A DNA stretch of 64,000 bases from the IMG/VR virus record IMGVR_UViG_3300030451_003166; one strand, given 5' to 3'. Under the pieces are notes generated by a model. The model was not told the DNA's origin. It worked only from the letters and a program-made list of their open reading frames with translations, and made no database searches. This document shows, in pieces, positions 30,418 through 41,333 of this stretch; position 1 is the stretch's first letter, and every line of letters starts with the position of its first letter. The position numbers and the translations under genes are program-made. The stretch is from an uncultured virus (IMG/VR IMGVR_UViG_3300030451_003166) (lineage: Duplodnaviria > Heunggongvirae > Uroviricota > Caudoviricetes > Crassvirales).

Positions 30418-30446
30418 GATATAATATAATAAAAAATTAATAAATA

Positions 30447-30478
30447 AAAAGGGTCGAGGCCGAAGCCCCGACTCTTTT
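30447..30478 (-). terminator. intrinsic terminator after major capsid gene
   Basis: AAAAGGGTCGAGGC-CGAA-GCCCCGACTCTTTT; on the - strand a UUCG-loop hairpin followed by a U run. Confidence 0.75.
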
Positions 30479-30487
30479 AAAAACCTG

Positions 30488-31951
30488 TTAGTTTAACAAG
30501 AAGAAGTTGTTAGCTCCTTGTACAACTAAACATCTTTCAGATAGGAAGTGCATCTCCATCGCGTCTAAATCAGAAGTAGTCGCTCCAACTGAACCAGTAG
30601 TCCAAGTTTTGAATCGTCTGTTATCTGTTTGAGAAGCTCTATATCTTACGTGTAAGAATGGACGCTTAAGGTTTTTACCTAATTGCTCATCATACACAGA
30701 TGATACACCTGCAGGAATCATTACCCCTCTGATGTTGTTAACAGCATCATTAAGACCACCTCTTGTACCTTTATCATTAAGGTATTTGAAGTCAGACTTA
30801 TAGAAGTCGTAAGAACCTCTTCGGAAGCCAGAGAATCCTAAGTTAAGTGCCATATCCTCAGAGTTGTTAAATACACCGTAAGATGTACCACCAGCTCCGT
30901 AAGAGTTCATAGCAGCTAACATATCATCAATAGCTAAAGCAGTAGTTCTATCAACAAACAACATGTTTTCCTCAATAGCACCGTTTTTATCAAGCTCAGC
31001 TAACATTAAGTCAAACTCAGCTAAATCAGCTAAAGGAACACCTGTAATACCAGAAGTTTGATTACCTCTTGTAGTTAACGCAGAGAATAAACCTTCACTA
31101 CCAGTAATTGTACCAGCAGCACCAGCTTGAGCAACACCAGAAACAGAAGGATTAGCAGTAATAACCTGAGCAGCATCTTGAGCTTCTAACATTGTCATCT
31201 CTAAGTAGTCAGTAAATCTCTGTCTAGTGTCACCAGCAGCTTTCAAGTACCATAAGTAACCTGATTGACCATCTTCACCAGAAACTTCAACCCAACCAAT
31301 AGCAGAAGCATCAGAACCAGAAACGTGGTACTGATCTTTGATAATGATAGGCTTGTTTTTTCTAGATTTGAACTGTGGCTCGTTAGATAAACCTCTACCA
31401 GTTGCACCTTTAACATATTCAGAACCGAATACTAGTACAGTAAGGTCGTTGTTACCAATAGCAGTAGCATTCATGTTTGCAGCAGCACCACCAGCCATAG
31501 TAGCGTAAGGTTTAACAGTGATCTGAGCGTAAGCAGCAGCAGTAGGGTCAACGTTGATACAGTAAGCCCTAACAGTAGCGTTAGCATCAGATATTAATAA
31601 CATATCACCTGGACGAATACCGTGATTAACACCGATAGGATTACCATCAACATCGTTAGCGATAGTAATAACATCATTAGCTCTCGTAGCAGTATAAGAT
31701 AGGTGTAATCTACCTTGCTCAGACCAAACAACTTGGTCAGAAGTCATAGATTCTTCAGCGCCTACTTGAGAAAGAAAACCTGCAATAGTTCTGTTACCGA
31801 ACACTTCAGCTTCTTTTTCCATTAGGTCTGGTAAATATTGTTGAGCCCAACCATCGCTTGCACCTAAAGTAGCAAAATCAATGTAGTTTTGAGTCAACGC
31901 GTGTTTAATTGGCGCTGGTGTATAACCAGCAGCCGGAACGCCTGTAATCAT
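30488..31951 (-). CDS. major capsid protein
   Basis: 487 aa after scaffold; WSEQGRLH and GFSGFRRGSYDFYK motifs; strong codon bias; downstream terminator. Confidence 0.85.
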   Translation of the reverse strand: MITGVPAAGYTPAPIKHALTQNYIDFATLGASDGWAQQYLPDLMEKEAEVFGNRTIAGFLSQVGAEESMTSDQVVWSEQGRLHLSYTATRANDVITIANDVDGNPIGVNHGIRPGDMLLISDANATVRAYCINVDPTAAAYAQITVKPYATMAGGAAANMNATAIGNNDLTVLVFGSEYVKGATGRGLSNEPQFKSRKNKPIIIKDQYHVSGSDASAIGWVEVSGEDGQSGYLWYLKAAGDTRQRFTDYLEMTMLEAQDAAQVITANPSVSGVAQAGAAGTITGSEGLFSALTTRGNQTSGITGVPLADLAEFDLMLAELDKNGAIEENMLFVDRTTALAIDDMLAAMNSYGAGGTSYGVFNNSEDMALNLGFSGFRRGSYDFYKSDFKYLNDKGTRGGLNDAVNNIRGVMIPAGVSSVYDEQLGKNLKRPFLHVRYRASQTDNRRFKTWTTGSVGATTSDLDAMEMHFLSERCLVVQGANNFFLLN

Positions 31952-31973
31952 AATGTAAAAATTTTAAGGTTAG

Positions 31974-33182
31974 TTAATTTTTGTTTTTAATTTTAAATTT
32001 CAACGAATCTGAATTATCACCTAACACTCTGAACTTAACTCCACCCATATTAATTTCACCAGCTGCTTTACGTGGATTTATATTCACGTTTTTAGCTTTG
32101 GCAGCGGCTTCTTTAATAGCATCGGCTTTACCTTGCTCATAAAAATGATTTGCAATAACATCAGGATTCATTGCTGTAAATAAAGATTTATGATAACCCG
32201 TAGCGTTTTCCATTTGATTATGTTTGTTCAAAAACTTTTTGACAAAATTATTAATGTCGCTTTGAGTGTTTTTAACTTCATTCACGTTTTTAACGTTAAA
32301 CCTAAACTTTTTGTCTCCGACGTTGTATTCAAAACCTTTGAACTTGTCATTAAAAACTTGATTAGTTTTATTTAAAAAAGTATCAGTTTGTTGTTGTGCT
32401 ATTCGTTGAGACTCTTTGGACTCTTTCTCATAGCGGTTGAAAAAGTCTATAGCTTTCTGTTGTTCTGTTGTCAGTTTACTTCCAGCTTTAATCTCTTCAT
32501 AATACTTAGATTTTCTATCTTCTAAGTGTTGCCTTGCTTGAGCAACTTGCTCCTTCAAAGCCAATTTCTTTCTTTTTATATCTCTATCCTCATCAACGTC
32601 AGCGTCGTATGAAAACTGATCTTCTAACAAAAAGTCTATCTCTTCGTTATCTAGATGAGGTTTAGTTTGTCTATAATATTCTTGTAAAACATCAGCATCC
32701 TTTTTATCGGTGTAATCTGTGTTTAGCTTTACGTAATCGTTTAAATCTCCACCGGTATCTTCCATAAAGTCTACAAGTTTTTGTATCTCTTCAGGCAAGT
32801 CTTTACCTGTTGCTTCAGCTTCTGCTACAGCTTCTTCAACTTGTTCTTGTAGTTCTTGTACTTCTTCTTCAGTTACTTCTTCTAGTACGGTTTCGGCTTC
32901 ATCTTGAACGGAGACTTCTTCTCCGGTAGGTTCTTCATTTGTTTCTTCGACGTCTTGCTTTTGAACTTCTTCGCTAGCTTCGGATCCGTCGCGTACAGGA
33001 ACCTCATTTGTGCTTTGCTCTGGAACGGCATCTTGTTTTGATTTTGGTGGTTTACTTAAATCTACTTTTATAACAGTATCATCTCCAGCAGATTCAAATT
33101 TACTTTCATCGACTTGAGGTGTTTCCTCAGTCTTTTGTTCTTGTGTAGTTTCTTCAACTACGTTTTCTTTGTTCTCTTCCAT
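31974..33182 (-). CDS. capsid scaffolding protein
   Basis: Very acidic N-terminal half, helical, between portal and MCP. Confidence 0.7.
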   Translation of the reverse strand: MEENKENVVEETTQEQKTEETPQVDESKFESAGDDTVIKVDLSKPPKSKQDAVPEQSTNEVPVRDGSEASEEVQKQDVEETNEEPTGEEVSVQDEAETVLEEVTEEEVQELQEQVEEAVAEAEATGKDLPEEIQKLVDFMEDTGGDLNDYVKLNTDYTDKKDADVLQEYYRQTKPHLDNEEIDFLLEDQFSYDADVDEDRDIKRKKLALKEQVAQARQHLEDRKSKYYEEIKAGSKLTTEQQKAIDFFNRYEKESKESQRIAQQQTDTFLNKTNQVFNDKFKGFEYNVGDKKFRFNVKNVNEVKNTQSDINNFVKKFLNKHNQMENATGYHKSLFTAMNPDVIANHFYEQGKADAIKEAAAKAKNVNINPRKAAGEINMGGVKFRVLGDNSDSLKFKIKNKN

Positions 33183-33199
33183 AATATAAAATATAATAA

Positions 33200-35605
33200 T
33201 TAGTTACTAGTTAATCCACCGATACCTATTCCACCAGATCCCATATTATCGTTTCCGGCAGATTCAAAGTTTTTAGGCTCAGTTTCATTTTTTCTTTGGT
33301 CTATAAGTTGGCTTTGTTGTGAAGCCTGTATCTTAGTTCTTTGGTCTTTACGATTTTCAGCATCGTTAGCTTTTTGTCTTTGGTTTTCAGCATCCATCTT
33401 TCTAAGCTTCATGTTTATTTCAAACTCATGATCCATAAGTTCTCTTTTTAACATAGCCTCTTGCTTCATGTATTCTATTTTTAAAGCGTTCTTAGTTTTC
33501 TCCATCTCCATTTGAGTTGAGGTTAACTGTTGTTGCTTTTGAACTTCAGCTTGAGAAGCGGCTTGCTGTGCTTGAGATTGAGCTTCTGCTTGTGCTTTTG
33601 CGTTTTCTTGTTGCATTTTTTGATCACGCTCAGCTTTCTTTTTTCTTTTTAGCTTTAACAATTGATTAGCCATTTTAATACTTTTTACTTCTCTTAAATC
33701 AATAGCATCATCTAAATCAATCATTTTTTGCTGTATAGCCATTTGTATATTGTTTTCCAAAGTAGCTTTTTCCTCAGCATCAGGTTTTAACTCTATAAAT
33801 ATACCAAAGTCATATAAATATAACTCTTGAAGTTCTTTTAATGTTGCAACGTTGTGAGCACCTATAGCTTGTATAAACGCATCTCTAGTAGGTGAATACT
33901 CGAGTATATCAGATATTCTAAGAGACAAAGCCTCGCAAGTTTCAGCTGTAACAAAAAGACTTGCGTTTAATATATGTCTTGTTGCTGTATTACTATTTGC
34001 CGCTGCTAATTTTTGTACACCAACTAAAGTTCTTTCATCTGGCATAGAAGCATCTGTAGCTTCATTTAAACCAGTTACATCTCTAATCATTTGTAAGTAA
34101 TAATTATAATTACTTATAAGAGCTTGCATTTTACCTCCAGCGCCTTGACCATTTGATATTTCTTGTATAGGTATTTTACCAGGGTTAGCATCTCCTTCAC
34201 CAGTAAAAGATCTACCTAATATAGAACCAGTTTGGAAGAACATGTTTAACGCTTCTTGCGGGTTATAGTTTGTACCGTTACCTAAATCTATTTCAGCTAA
34301 ACCATCTGCATCTAAATAAACACCATCAGGAACCATTCTTGATAACACTTGTTGTAGCTTTAAATGAGTAAGCTGTATCATATCAGCAAAACCAGTAATT
34401 CTACTTACTAAGCTTTCTATTTTACCATTATACATTCTAGGCGCAACTATAGAGTAATTCATTTTAACTTTGTTAAAATCACTCTTAGTTCTCATCATGT
34501 TTTCACACTTACACCACTTTATAATTCTGTCTGTTCCTAATATTTTAGCTCCTTCGTATAAAACCTCGTAAGCTCTAGAAACTCTTTCGTAATCACCTTT
34601 TCCGCTAGGTTTAAATGTATCTTCTTTTTCAATAGCTTTTTTACCACCGTATCCAGTTGTCTTGACTTTGTAAGTGTCGTTAGTGTATGTTTTATAGTTA
34701 AAGTATAAAACCTGTACTTTGTTTTTATCGTTTTGACCGTAGTTGGTATATCTTGAGTTTGTTCTTTTAGCTGTTTTATTTATTCTCTCTAGCTCTTCTT
34801 GAGTTAACTCAGGAAACTGTCTTACAAGTTCATTTATAGGTATACACTTAATTTCACCAACATAATAACAGTCATCAAAATAAGGAGAGTCGGTGTGAGA
34901 ATAAACAAGGTTAGCTGGGTCAACATATTCTACAGTAGCTCCTTCAGAATAATTAAAGTTTGTTTTTACAGCGCCAATACCTAAAACTGTTAAATCTCTT
35001 AATAATCTTTGTTGTATTAAATCAAACTTACTACCTTCAAGTAAAAGATTTATAGCTTGCTCGTTTGCTAATTCAACCTCTTGTTTGTAAGTTAAAGACA
35101 TGTGTAGTTCTAACTCTTCTTTTGTTTCAGGTAGTTTTGTAGGATCTGTTTTGTAAAGATCCATATTCATAGTGTTTTTAGCAGCCTCGTTAAACTCTTT
35201 AGCTCTCATGTCGTCCATTATGGTTTCCATGTATTCAGTTCGCTTACTAACACCGTATTGATCTTGAGAAAAACACTTAACATCAAATGTTCTCTGTGCC
35301 ATACCATTAACAACTATATCAACAAACTTAGGTATAATTGGAACTGGTGTCCAGTCTAGATTTAAGTAGCTTAAGTCACCGTTTATAGATAACTCATCTT
35401 TGTATTTTTGTATTGATTGTTCACCTCTAGCATATAACCTTAAATTATGAAATCTATTTTCATTGTGCAGGTATCTATTAGAGTGAGAACCTTTAAACCA
35501 TTCGTTCTCTATAGCGTTAGCCACTTTCAACCCGTATTCCATGGTTGACTTTTCTAAGTCGCTTACAACTTGAGAAGGAAAATTTGTATGTACAGACTCT
35601 GCCAT
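33200..35605 (-). CDS. portal protein
   Basis: 801 aa after terminase; PVPIIPKFVDIVVNGM, RDVTGLNEA; Gln-rich C-terminal coiled coil. Confidence 0.85.
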   Translation of the reverse strand: MAESVHTNFPSQVVSDLEKSTMEYGLKVANAIENEWFKGSHSNRYLHNENRFHNLRLYARGEQSIQKYKDELSINGDLSYLNLDWTPVPIIPKFVDIVVNGMAQRTFDVKCFSQDQYGVSKRTEYMETIMDDMRAKEFNEAAKNTMNMDLYKTDPTKLPETKEELELHMSLTYKQEVELANEQAINLLLEGSKFDLIQQRLLRDLTVLGIGAVKTNFNYSEGATVEYVDPANLVYSHTDSPYFDDCYYVGEIKCIPINELVRQFPELTQEELERINKTAKRTNSRYTNYGQNDKNKVQVLYFNYKTYTNDTYKVKTTGYGGKKAIEKEDTFKPSGKGDYERVSRAYEVLYEGAKILGTDRIIKWCKCENMMRTKSDFNKVKMNYSIVAPRMYNGKIESLVSRITGFADMIQLTHLKLQQVLSRMVPDGVYLDADGLAEIDLGNGTNYNPQEALNMFFQTGSILGRSFTGEGDANPGKIPIQEISNGQGAGGKMQALISNYNYYLQMIRDVTGLNEATDASMPDERTLVGVQKLAAANSNTATRHILNASLFVTAETCEALSLRISDILEYSPTRDAFIQAIGAHNVATLKELQELYLYDFGIFIELKPDAEEKATLENNIQMAIQQKMIDLDDAIDLREVKSIKMANQLLKLKRKKKAERDQKMQQENAKAQAEAQSQAQQAASQAEVQKQQQLTSTQMEMEKTKNALKIEYMKQEAMLKRELMDHEFEINMKLRKMDAENQRQKANDAENRKDQRTKIQASQQSQLIDQRKNETEPKNFESAGNDNMGSGGIGIGGLTSN

Positions 35606-35606
35606 A

Positions 35607-37823
35607 TTATCGTTTAATTATTCTTGAATTCGTTCCTCTATTACTATACTTAGCAATATTAATATTTAATGCTTTATTTTCTTTTGTTGGATTTGGTTTG
35701 TATAAGTTTTTATTACAAGCCATTATTGCTAAACCACTACTAATCGTGGCATCAAACTTTGTCCTTTTATTTATATCAAACCTAGCCCAATCATTTAAAG
35801 TACTATTAAAGTACATATTACCATGAGAACCAGTTTCTTTTATACCAACGTGATCTTGTATATACATTTCGATAGCAGCAGCGTGAGCTTGCTTTATATC
35901 TTCACTTGAGTTTGGTATACCACCTATTTCTTTTTCAGCTGAAGAAAGTTTATTCCAAAGCTTGTCAGGTCTATTCATGCTAAAACCTCTATAACCTCTA
36001 CGTCTTAAATAGTATAAAAGTCTAGGTTTGTTGTTCTCTGCAAGCATTGGCATTCCGTAAAAAACTAGAGCGCATAATACATCTTCAAAAAATATATCAG
36101 CTGTTTGAGGTCTAGCTATGTACTCTAAAAAGAACTGGCTAATAGGTGCTTCCTCCATTGAAAACTTTGTTAATCCGTGTAAAGATCCTTTCGATCCTTT
36201 TCCATCAACTGTCCCTGATATATCGTAACTATCACAACCAAAAGCACCAATATGTTCATTTCCAGGGTATCGTATTCCGTTTTTTAATATTACGTTGTTT
36301 TGTTGTTGAGGTTTTGGAACCCAGCTTATATTAAATCTACCTTTTGGATCTGGATAAAATATAACTTGAGAATCCTTAACACCGTTAACCCATTGAAAGT
36401 TACCTCTAGTTAAACCTAAAGATCTTCCTAGTTCTTCGTTATAATCTATCTGTTCGTATATTTTTACTAAGTTAAATATACTGTTATTAGCCTCGTCTCT
36501 AAACGCGTGCTCTTCAGTTCTTGGAAACTGTCTGTAAAACTCATTTAACGCGTCTTGATCGTTTTTTAAACCATCAGCTTCGTTCTGCCAATGATCTATT
36601 ACACCTACATCTATTAATTCGCCGTCTGGGGCGAACACATCCCTGTCAGGCGTAGTAAATACAGGAACTCCGTGCTCGTCAATAAATCCTTCATAGTTCC
36701 ATTCCATTGGGATAAACAAAGAGTATAAACCAGATTTTGTCTGACCATTTCTATTTCTTTGTGTGACATCGGATGCTCTATATAATTTTTTAAAATTGTC
36801 TCCACCTTTATCTAACGCGTTTGATGTCGAGCCCATCATACATTTACCTATAATTCTACTACCTAATCGTAAACATGTTTTGGTTACTCGCCAGTTATTT
36901 AATATATTATCAGGTCTTTCCCATTTACCACTTTCATCGTGTACTAGTAAATTTAGTTTTTCACCATCATAACTATTATCACCAGTGTTTTTCCAGTCTA
37001 TAGTAGTATCTAATCCTTCTAGCTCTTCTAATTGCTCGTTTGAAGTTATTTTTTTTCTTGTAAACTTACTAGCAGGAACTCTATAAGCTAGCTCAGTTTT
37101 AGGACGATCCATACCATCTTGAATAGGTTTAAAGAAAAAAGGGTAGTTAATACTAATAGGCACCACTTTGTCTGTAAACATTTTTTTAGCATCCGCACCT
37201 GTTTTAGAAAGTATACCATATCTACTATCACTTGATATTGTAGCTAAGTTAACTGTTTCAGCTGAACTCATAAACGAAAAACCACTACGTCTATTTTTAA
37301 GATAACACATACCATAACATCTTTTATCTGCTTTACAAGCTTCCCAGAATATATAAAATAATCTATTAGCTTCTCTAAAATCTGGCGCACCTACATCTAT
37401 TTTACTCCATTGTAAATACATGTAGTGTGTTCCTGTTATGTATGTTGGTTTATCGTTATTAACAAACCAAAAACCTTCTTCTCTACGTTTAAACTCTTCG
37501 TCTATATAATCGTACCACTGTTCTTTTTGCTCTTCAGGATAGTTTCTCCAATCGAATATGTTTTTTAAACGAGATAATTCTTTTGGATAATCAATTTTAA
37601 CCCACTTGTTTAGCTTGTGTGCTCGCAGTTGCACTGGCTGTTTTGGCAACGCAATGCGCAAATTTTGTATCTCAAGTATTTCACCAATTGTACCATTTTT
37701 TGATATAACGACAATATCATGTTCTTTATTGTATCCATATTTCCATTTTTTGCCACGATTTAAACGTGTGATTGTTGTTTTCTTTACAGGTTCTACAACC
37801 TTAACTAAATTTTGCTCGTACAT
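35607..37823 (-). CDS. terL: terminase large subunit
   Basis: Walker A-like LKNRRSGFS, Walker B VHDESGKW, GSTSN, nuclease GCDSYD and FDATISSG. Confidence 0.9.
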   Translation of the reverse strand: MYEQNLVKVVEPVKKTTITRLNRGKKWKYGYNKEHDIVVISKNGTIGEILEIQNLRIALPKQPVQLRAHKLNKWVKIDYPKELSRLKNIFDWRNYPEEQKEQWYDYIDEEFKRREEGFWFVNNDKPTYITGTHYMYLQWSKIDVGAPDFREANRLFYIFWEACKADKRCYGMCYLKNRRSGFSFMSSAETVNLATISSDSRYGILSKTGADAKKMFTDKVVPISINYPFFFKPIQDGMDRPKTELAYRVPASKFTRKKITSNEQLEELEGLDTTIDWKNTGDNSYDGEKLNLLVHDESGKWERPDNILNNWRVTKTCLRLGSRIIGKCMMGSTSNALDKGGDNFKKLYRASDVTQRNRNGQTKSGLYSLFIPMEWNYEGFIDEHGVPVFTTPDRDVFAPDGELIDVGVIDHWQNEADGLKNDQDALNEFYRQFPRTEEHAFRDEANNSIFNLVKIYEQIDYNEELGRSLGLTRGNFQWVNGVKDSQVIFYPDPKGRFNISWVPKPQQQNNVILKNGIRYPGNEHIGAFGCDSYDISGTVDGKGSKGSLHGLTKFSMEEAPISQFFLEYIARPQTADIFFEDVLCALVFYGMPMLAENNKPRLLYYLRRRGYRGFSMNRPDKLWNKLSSAEKEIGGIPNSSEDIKQAHAAAIEMYIQDHVGIKETGSHGNMYFNSTLNDWARFDINKRTKFDATISSGLAIMACNKNLYKPNPTKENKALNINIAKYSNRGTNSRIIKR

Positions 37824-38101
37824 TACTTAGATCTGCCTTCTGCGAATCCTTTAAAGACTTTTTTCTTTGTCTCTTCAGGTGTTTTTCCCTCAAGCAAGTT
37901 TTCTTCTTCTTGGATTCTGTTAAGTATTTCAAATGCGTCAAATATAGCGAGTTTTTTAGTTGCCGCTGCATTTTTTAATCTATCAGCTGAAACATCATCT
38001 TCTGTATTAGTGATAATTTTTTCTCTAGCTACATTAATAAGTTCTTCAACCGCTTTGTGCCCAGCTTGGATTATAAGTTTCTTCGTTTCCTTGATATTCA
38101 T
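37823..38101 (-). CDS. putative terminase small subunit
   Basis: Small helical ORF translationally coupled upstream of terL. Confidence 0.45.
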   Translation of the reverse strand: MNIKETKKLIIQAGHKAVEELINVAREKIITNTEDDVSADRLKNAAATKKLAIFDAFEILNRIQEEENLLEGKTPEETKKKVFKGFAEGRSK

Positions 38102-38636
38102 ATTTAATTGTAATAAATTGTGTCATAACTCTATATAACCTTTCACCATCAACAACAAATTCCCACTCACTTCCAGGCATAAAACCTACAAGTTCATTTT
38201 TGTTATAAGAACCATCTGTATACTTAATTACACCTATAAGTTTTCTTTCGTTGTCAGTATCAAAGTTATCTATACTTTTTAAAGGTTTTACAAAACAATA
38301 TCCTTTCGGCGCTAACCATTTATTGTTTCTTTTATAAAGGTAAACTTGATCTATACCAGCAAAATACTTGTTTTCATCAAAATAACTTTTACTGTTTTTT
38401 TCTTCACCTTTAATATTATACCATCTTCTAAAAATGTTATGATGTACTAAAACTGTATCACCTTTTTTTATATTTGTTTCACCTATTATTGGTGTAGATA
38501 AAACTACAGCTTCTTTGTTTATATAGTTGTAGTTTTGTATTTCAGTGTTTAGTATCAACTCTGAGTCACCAACTTTTTTAACATTGTTATATCTACTTCC
38601 TTTAGGTGTTACAACAAAGTTGTAAATGCTTTTCAT
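38046..38636 (-). CDS. GroES-like protein with two tandem GroES-like units
   Basis: FVVTP...AVVLSTP...IKKGDTVLVH and FVKPL...GVIKY...VGF...VDGERLYRV. Confidence 0.5.
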   Translation of the reverse strand: MKSIYNFVVTPKGSRYNNVKKVGDSELILNTEIQNYNYINKEAVVLSTPIIGETNIKKGDTVLVHHNIFRRWYNIKGEEKNSKSYFDENKYFAGIDQVYLYKRNNKWLAPKGYCFVKPLKSIDNFDTDNERKLIGVIKYTDGSYNKNELVGFMPGSEWEFVVDGERLYRVMTQFITIKYEYQGNEETYNPSWAQSG

Positions 38637-38857
38637 TAGTATTGTAAATTATATTCAACTGATATAGCCATATTTTTATTAAAGTCTTTCCAAGGTAACA
38701 CTTCTTTACCTTTACTTATGTATATGGAATACTTTTCTTTTTCTTCTATAATATCGCATATAGTATGTCCACCATAAACCTCTTGGCCAACAGCATAATG
38801 CATAGCATCAGTTTTATAATCTTTACCTACACTAATCTTTCTTATTAGTTTCGTCAT
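38636..38857 (-). CDS. hypothetical protein
   Basis: Coupled ORF in late operon. Confidence 0.6.
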   Translation of the reverse strand: MTKLIRKISVGKDYKTDAMHYAVGQEVYGGHTICDIIEEKEKYSIYISKGKEVLPWKDFNKNMAISVEYNLQY

Positions 38858-39113
38858 TATATTTAATTTTACCGGTATTTATATCAATATCTAAAGTACC
38901 GTATTCTTTCATTATTTCGTCTTGGACTATTTTAAGTCTTTCATTTATAGCTTGAGCTTGATGTAAAAGATTATGTTTATTAACCTCTAAAGCTCCAACT
39001 TGAAATCTATTTTCATTCGTAGCGCTAATTATCTCACGCATAGAATTTAATTGTTTTTCTGATATAGAATCAGGTCTAAGGTCTTTCACCTTTGGTGTTT
39101 TTCTTTTTGCCAT
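38832..39113 (-). CDS. hypothetical coiled-coil protein
   Basis: Helical body ending EYGTLDIDINTGKI. Confidence 0.6.
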   Translation of the reverse strand: MAKRKTPKVKDLRPDSISEKQLNSMREIISATNENRFQVGALEVNKHNLLHQAQAINERLKIVQDEIMKEYGTLDIDINTGKIKYNDETNKKD

Positions 39114-39142
39114 TTTATTAAATTTTAGTTAATTATCTACTA

Positions 39143-39171
39143 TATAGTTACACGTATTATAGATAACTTAT
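39143..39171 (-). promoter_or_regulatory. putative late-class promoter ATAAG-N15-GTAACTATA
   Basis: Upstream of the packaging/head operon. Confidence 0.45.
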
Positions 39172-39396
39172 TTCTGGTATATAATAGTTCCAAGTATTTT
39201 CGTCTTTCTCTATTTTATAACCATTACTGTTACCCCAAGTGTAAGCTTCTTCCCAGTTAGCAAACTCTTGTATACTACCAGTTAAAGTTGCTTCTGTTTC
39301 TATAATATAGTTAGTGTCACCTTTTTGACAGGCTACTCTAATATCTGTAGGTTCTAGTTCTCTTGCTTTTTCAGCTGTAAATTCGTAATATTTCAT
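39157..39396 (-). CDS. hypothetical protein
   Basis: Coupled ORF. Confidence 0.5.
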   Translation of the reverse strand: MKYYEFTAEKARELEPTDIRVACQKGDTNYIIETEATLTGSIQEFANWEEAYTWGNSNGYKIEKDENTWNYYIPEISYL

Positions 39397-40397
39397 TATA
39401 CAGTATCTATTAAGTTGTTAGTACCATCTATACCCGTGAAGTTTGCATTACCTTTTAAATCAGTACCTGCATTAGTAGTGTCTAATTTCCAATAGTGTAA
39501 TAAATTGTTATTTGCAGAGTGTGTTAAAGCATTTGTAGCTGTTCTATCTGCTACATCCCCAACCGTGTGATCTGTTATTAACTCTTCAACTTCAGCAACT
39601 GATAAAGCTTTGTTCCATATACTACACTCAGCAAACTTTGTTTTAACACCTCCAAAAGAACCAGATTGAAATGCACTTGTTCCGTTACCATAACTTCCTA
39701 AGCTAAAACTTCTAGTGACACCAGTAGCAAAATCAATATCACCAACCGCACTAGCACTACCAGCATCTGTAGCATAAAATGGAGATGAATTTTGTCTAAA
39801 CATATATCCACCCATAAAATTTCCGTTCCAAAATAGCGTAACGTTACTACCACCAACCCAACCAGTACTGCTACTAGCTTGTTTGACTATTGTAAACATA
39901 CCATAACCGTCACCATTTACGTGTGGTTCATTATCTTTGCTCCAATAAGTAGATTGTGTTGAGCTTCCACCAGTACCAAATATGGTAGAAGGATCAGTGT
40001 CAGGGCTAGAGCTATCTGTGTTATTGTGAAAATACCAAAAGTTTTGAGCTTGTTTGTCACTACCACTAGCATTGTCTTCAACTCTAAAATACATTCTATT
40101 GTGCTGTCTATGATAAAACAGTACATAGCCATCGTTATATCTAGTATCACCACCAGAACCAGTGTCGTCAGTATAAATATGAAATAACACACCAGTATCA
40201 GGACCTTGCTGCGCATGAGCCCAACCTGCTTTTATCCAAAAATTAACTGTAAAAGCGTCGTGTTCGTCTAAGTTTCCTAATGAACTTGAAGCAGCTATGA
40301 TTGGGTTGCTTCCAGAATCTTTGTGAAGTACACCATCAAAAAAAGTTGGTCCACTTGAAAACGCTGGCGCAAACGGGTTGATTATTATATTACTCAT
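39396..40397 (-). CDS. LamG/concanavalin A-like lectin-domain virion protein
   Basis: FTVNFWIK, TLFWNG, ECSIWNKALSVAEV, LLHYWKLD. Confidence 0.7.
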   Translation of the reverse strand: MSNIIINPFAPAFSSGPTFFDGVLHKDSGSNPIIAASSSLGNLDEHDAFTVNFWIKAGWAHAQQGPDTGVLFHIYTDDTGSGGDTRYNDGYVLFYHRQHNRMYFRVEDNASGSDKQAQNFWYFHNNTDSSSPDTDPSTIFGTGGSSTQSTYWSKDNEPHVNGDGYGMFTIVKQASSSTGWVGGSNVTLFWNGNFMGGYMFRQNSSPFYATDAGSASAVGDIDFATGVTRSFSLGSYGNGTSAFQSGSFGGVKTKFAECSIWNKALSVAEVEELITDHTVGDVADRTATNALTHSANNNLLHYWKLDTTNAGTDLKGNANFTGIDGTNNLIDTV

Positions 40398-40900
40398 TAT
40401 AAAGCGTGTGTAGTTCTATATCCAATTATAGTTATTTTCAAACCTTTAGCTCCTGTACCAGCACCATCTATATTAACTCCTATCACAGCGTCTTCTTGAA
40501 TAACCTCATCTGGATTTGTACCACCACCACTTCCAAATGTTGTGGTAGATCCCAATGTTTGACCAGCAGTTATTGTTATAGCTGATGAGTTTATATTGTT
40601 AGCGGCGCCACCCTCTGTAACTTGAACCGTGACGTTACCTCCGCTACTAGTCGTGCTTAACGTAGCTTTTATTTCTTCTATATGAAAATGGTAAGGCATA
40701 CTAAACTTAACCTTATCATCTCCAGTTGTTATAGCTGTTGTTTCATCTGAAGCACATATAATAAAGGACTCATAACCTGTTATTGGTCTAGTTGGATGTC
40801 CTAATTCTAATTGATCAAAATGTCCGTCTGCCCAACGTTTTGTTGAGGTTCCTATTCCACCTTCGCCATCGGCTCTAGGTACTACTTTTGGTGTTGCCAT
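40397..40900 (-). CDS. putative tail fiber/spike protein
   Basis: IGTSTKRW fiber-type motif; GAKGLKITIIG C-terminus. Confidence 0.5.
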   Translation of the reverse strand: MATPKVVPRADGEGGIGTSTKRWADGHFDQLELGHPTRPITGYESFIICASDETTAITTGDDKVKFSMPYHFHIEEIKATLSTTSSGGNVTVQVTEGGAANNINSSAITITAGQTLGSTTTFGSGGGTNPDEVIQEDAVIGVNIDGAGTGAKGLKITIIGYRTTHAL

Positions 40901-40922
40901 ATCTTATTTTTTTTATTATTTA

Positions 40923-41333
40923 TTATGCTTGGTAAGTTCCATCTCCAATAGGGAAGTCACCTACTGCTATTGGTGTTAACTCTGTGTCTCCATCTCCGTC
41001 TTGCTGTTTTACAAGTGGTGGATTAGTTGCGTTAGACTCAACCACAACCCAGTAACCTTCGTCATCAGAAAGATAGTTTGGGTTTGGATCTGTTGCTGGC
41101 ATCATCTCGTTTACTGAGGCAGCGTCAATCATACCTCCACCAGCGTCACCACCAGTGTAATCACCTACAGCGCCTATATCCCAAGCGTCATTAAGGTCTT
41201 GAACATTGTTTAGTCTAACGTCACTAAATCTAGGCGTTATTTCATCAGCGCTAGCAGAAGACCAAAGATAGTCTTCTATAACTACAGCTGTAGAACCTGA
41301 TGTGAGTTGACCATTTAAGCTTAAACCTAACAC
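40923..41333 (-). CDS. hypothetical acidic protein, probably structural
   Basis: MLGLS-type N-terminus, GTG start coupled to upstream gene. Confidence 0.5.
   Translation of the reverse strand: MLGLSLNGQLTSGSTAVVIEDYLWSSASADEITPRFSDVRLNNVQDLNDAWDIGAVGDYTGGDAGGGMIDAASVNEMMPATDPNPNYLSDDEGYWVVVESNATNPPLVKQQDGDGDTELTPIAVGDFPIGDGTYQA

Noticed and set aside
8450..37830. Numerous short + strand ORFs in the late block (and - strand ORFs in the + blocks)
   Set aside because: Antisense or alternate-frame shadows of long conserved genes, with no recognisable motifs
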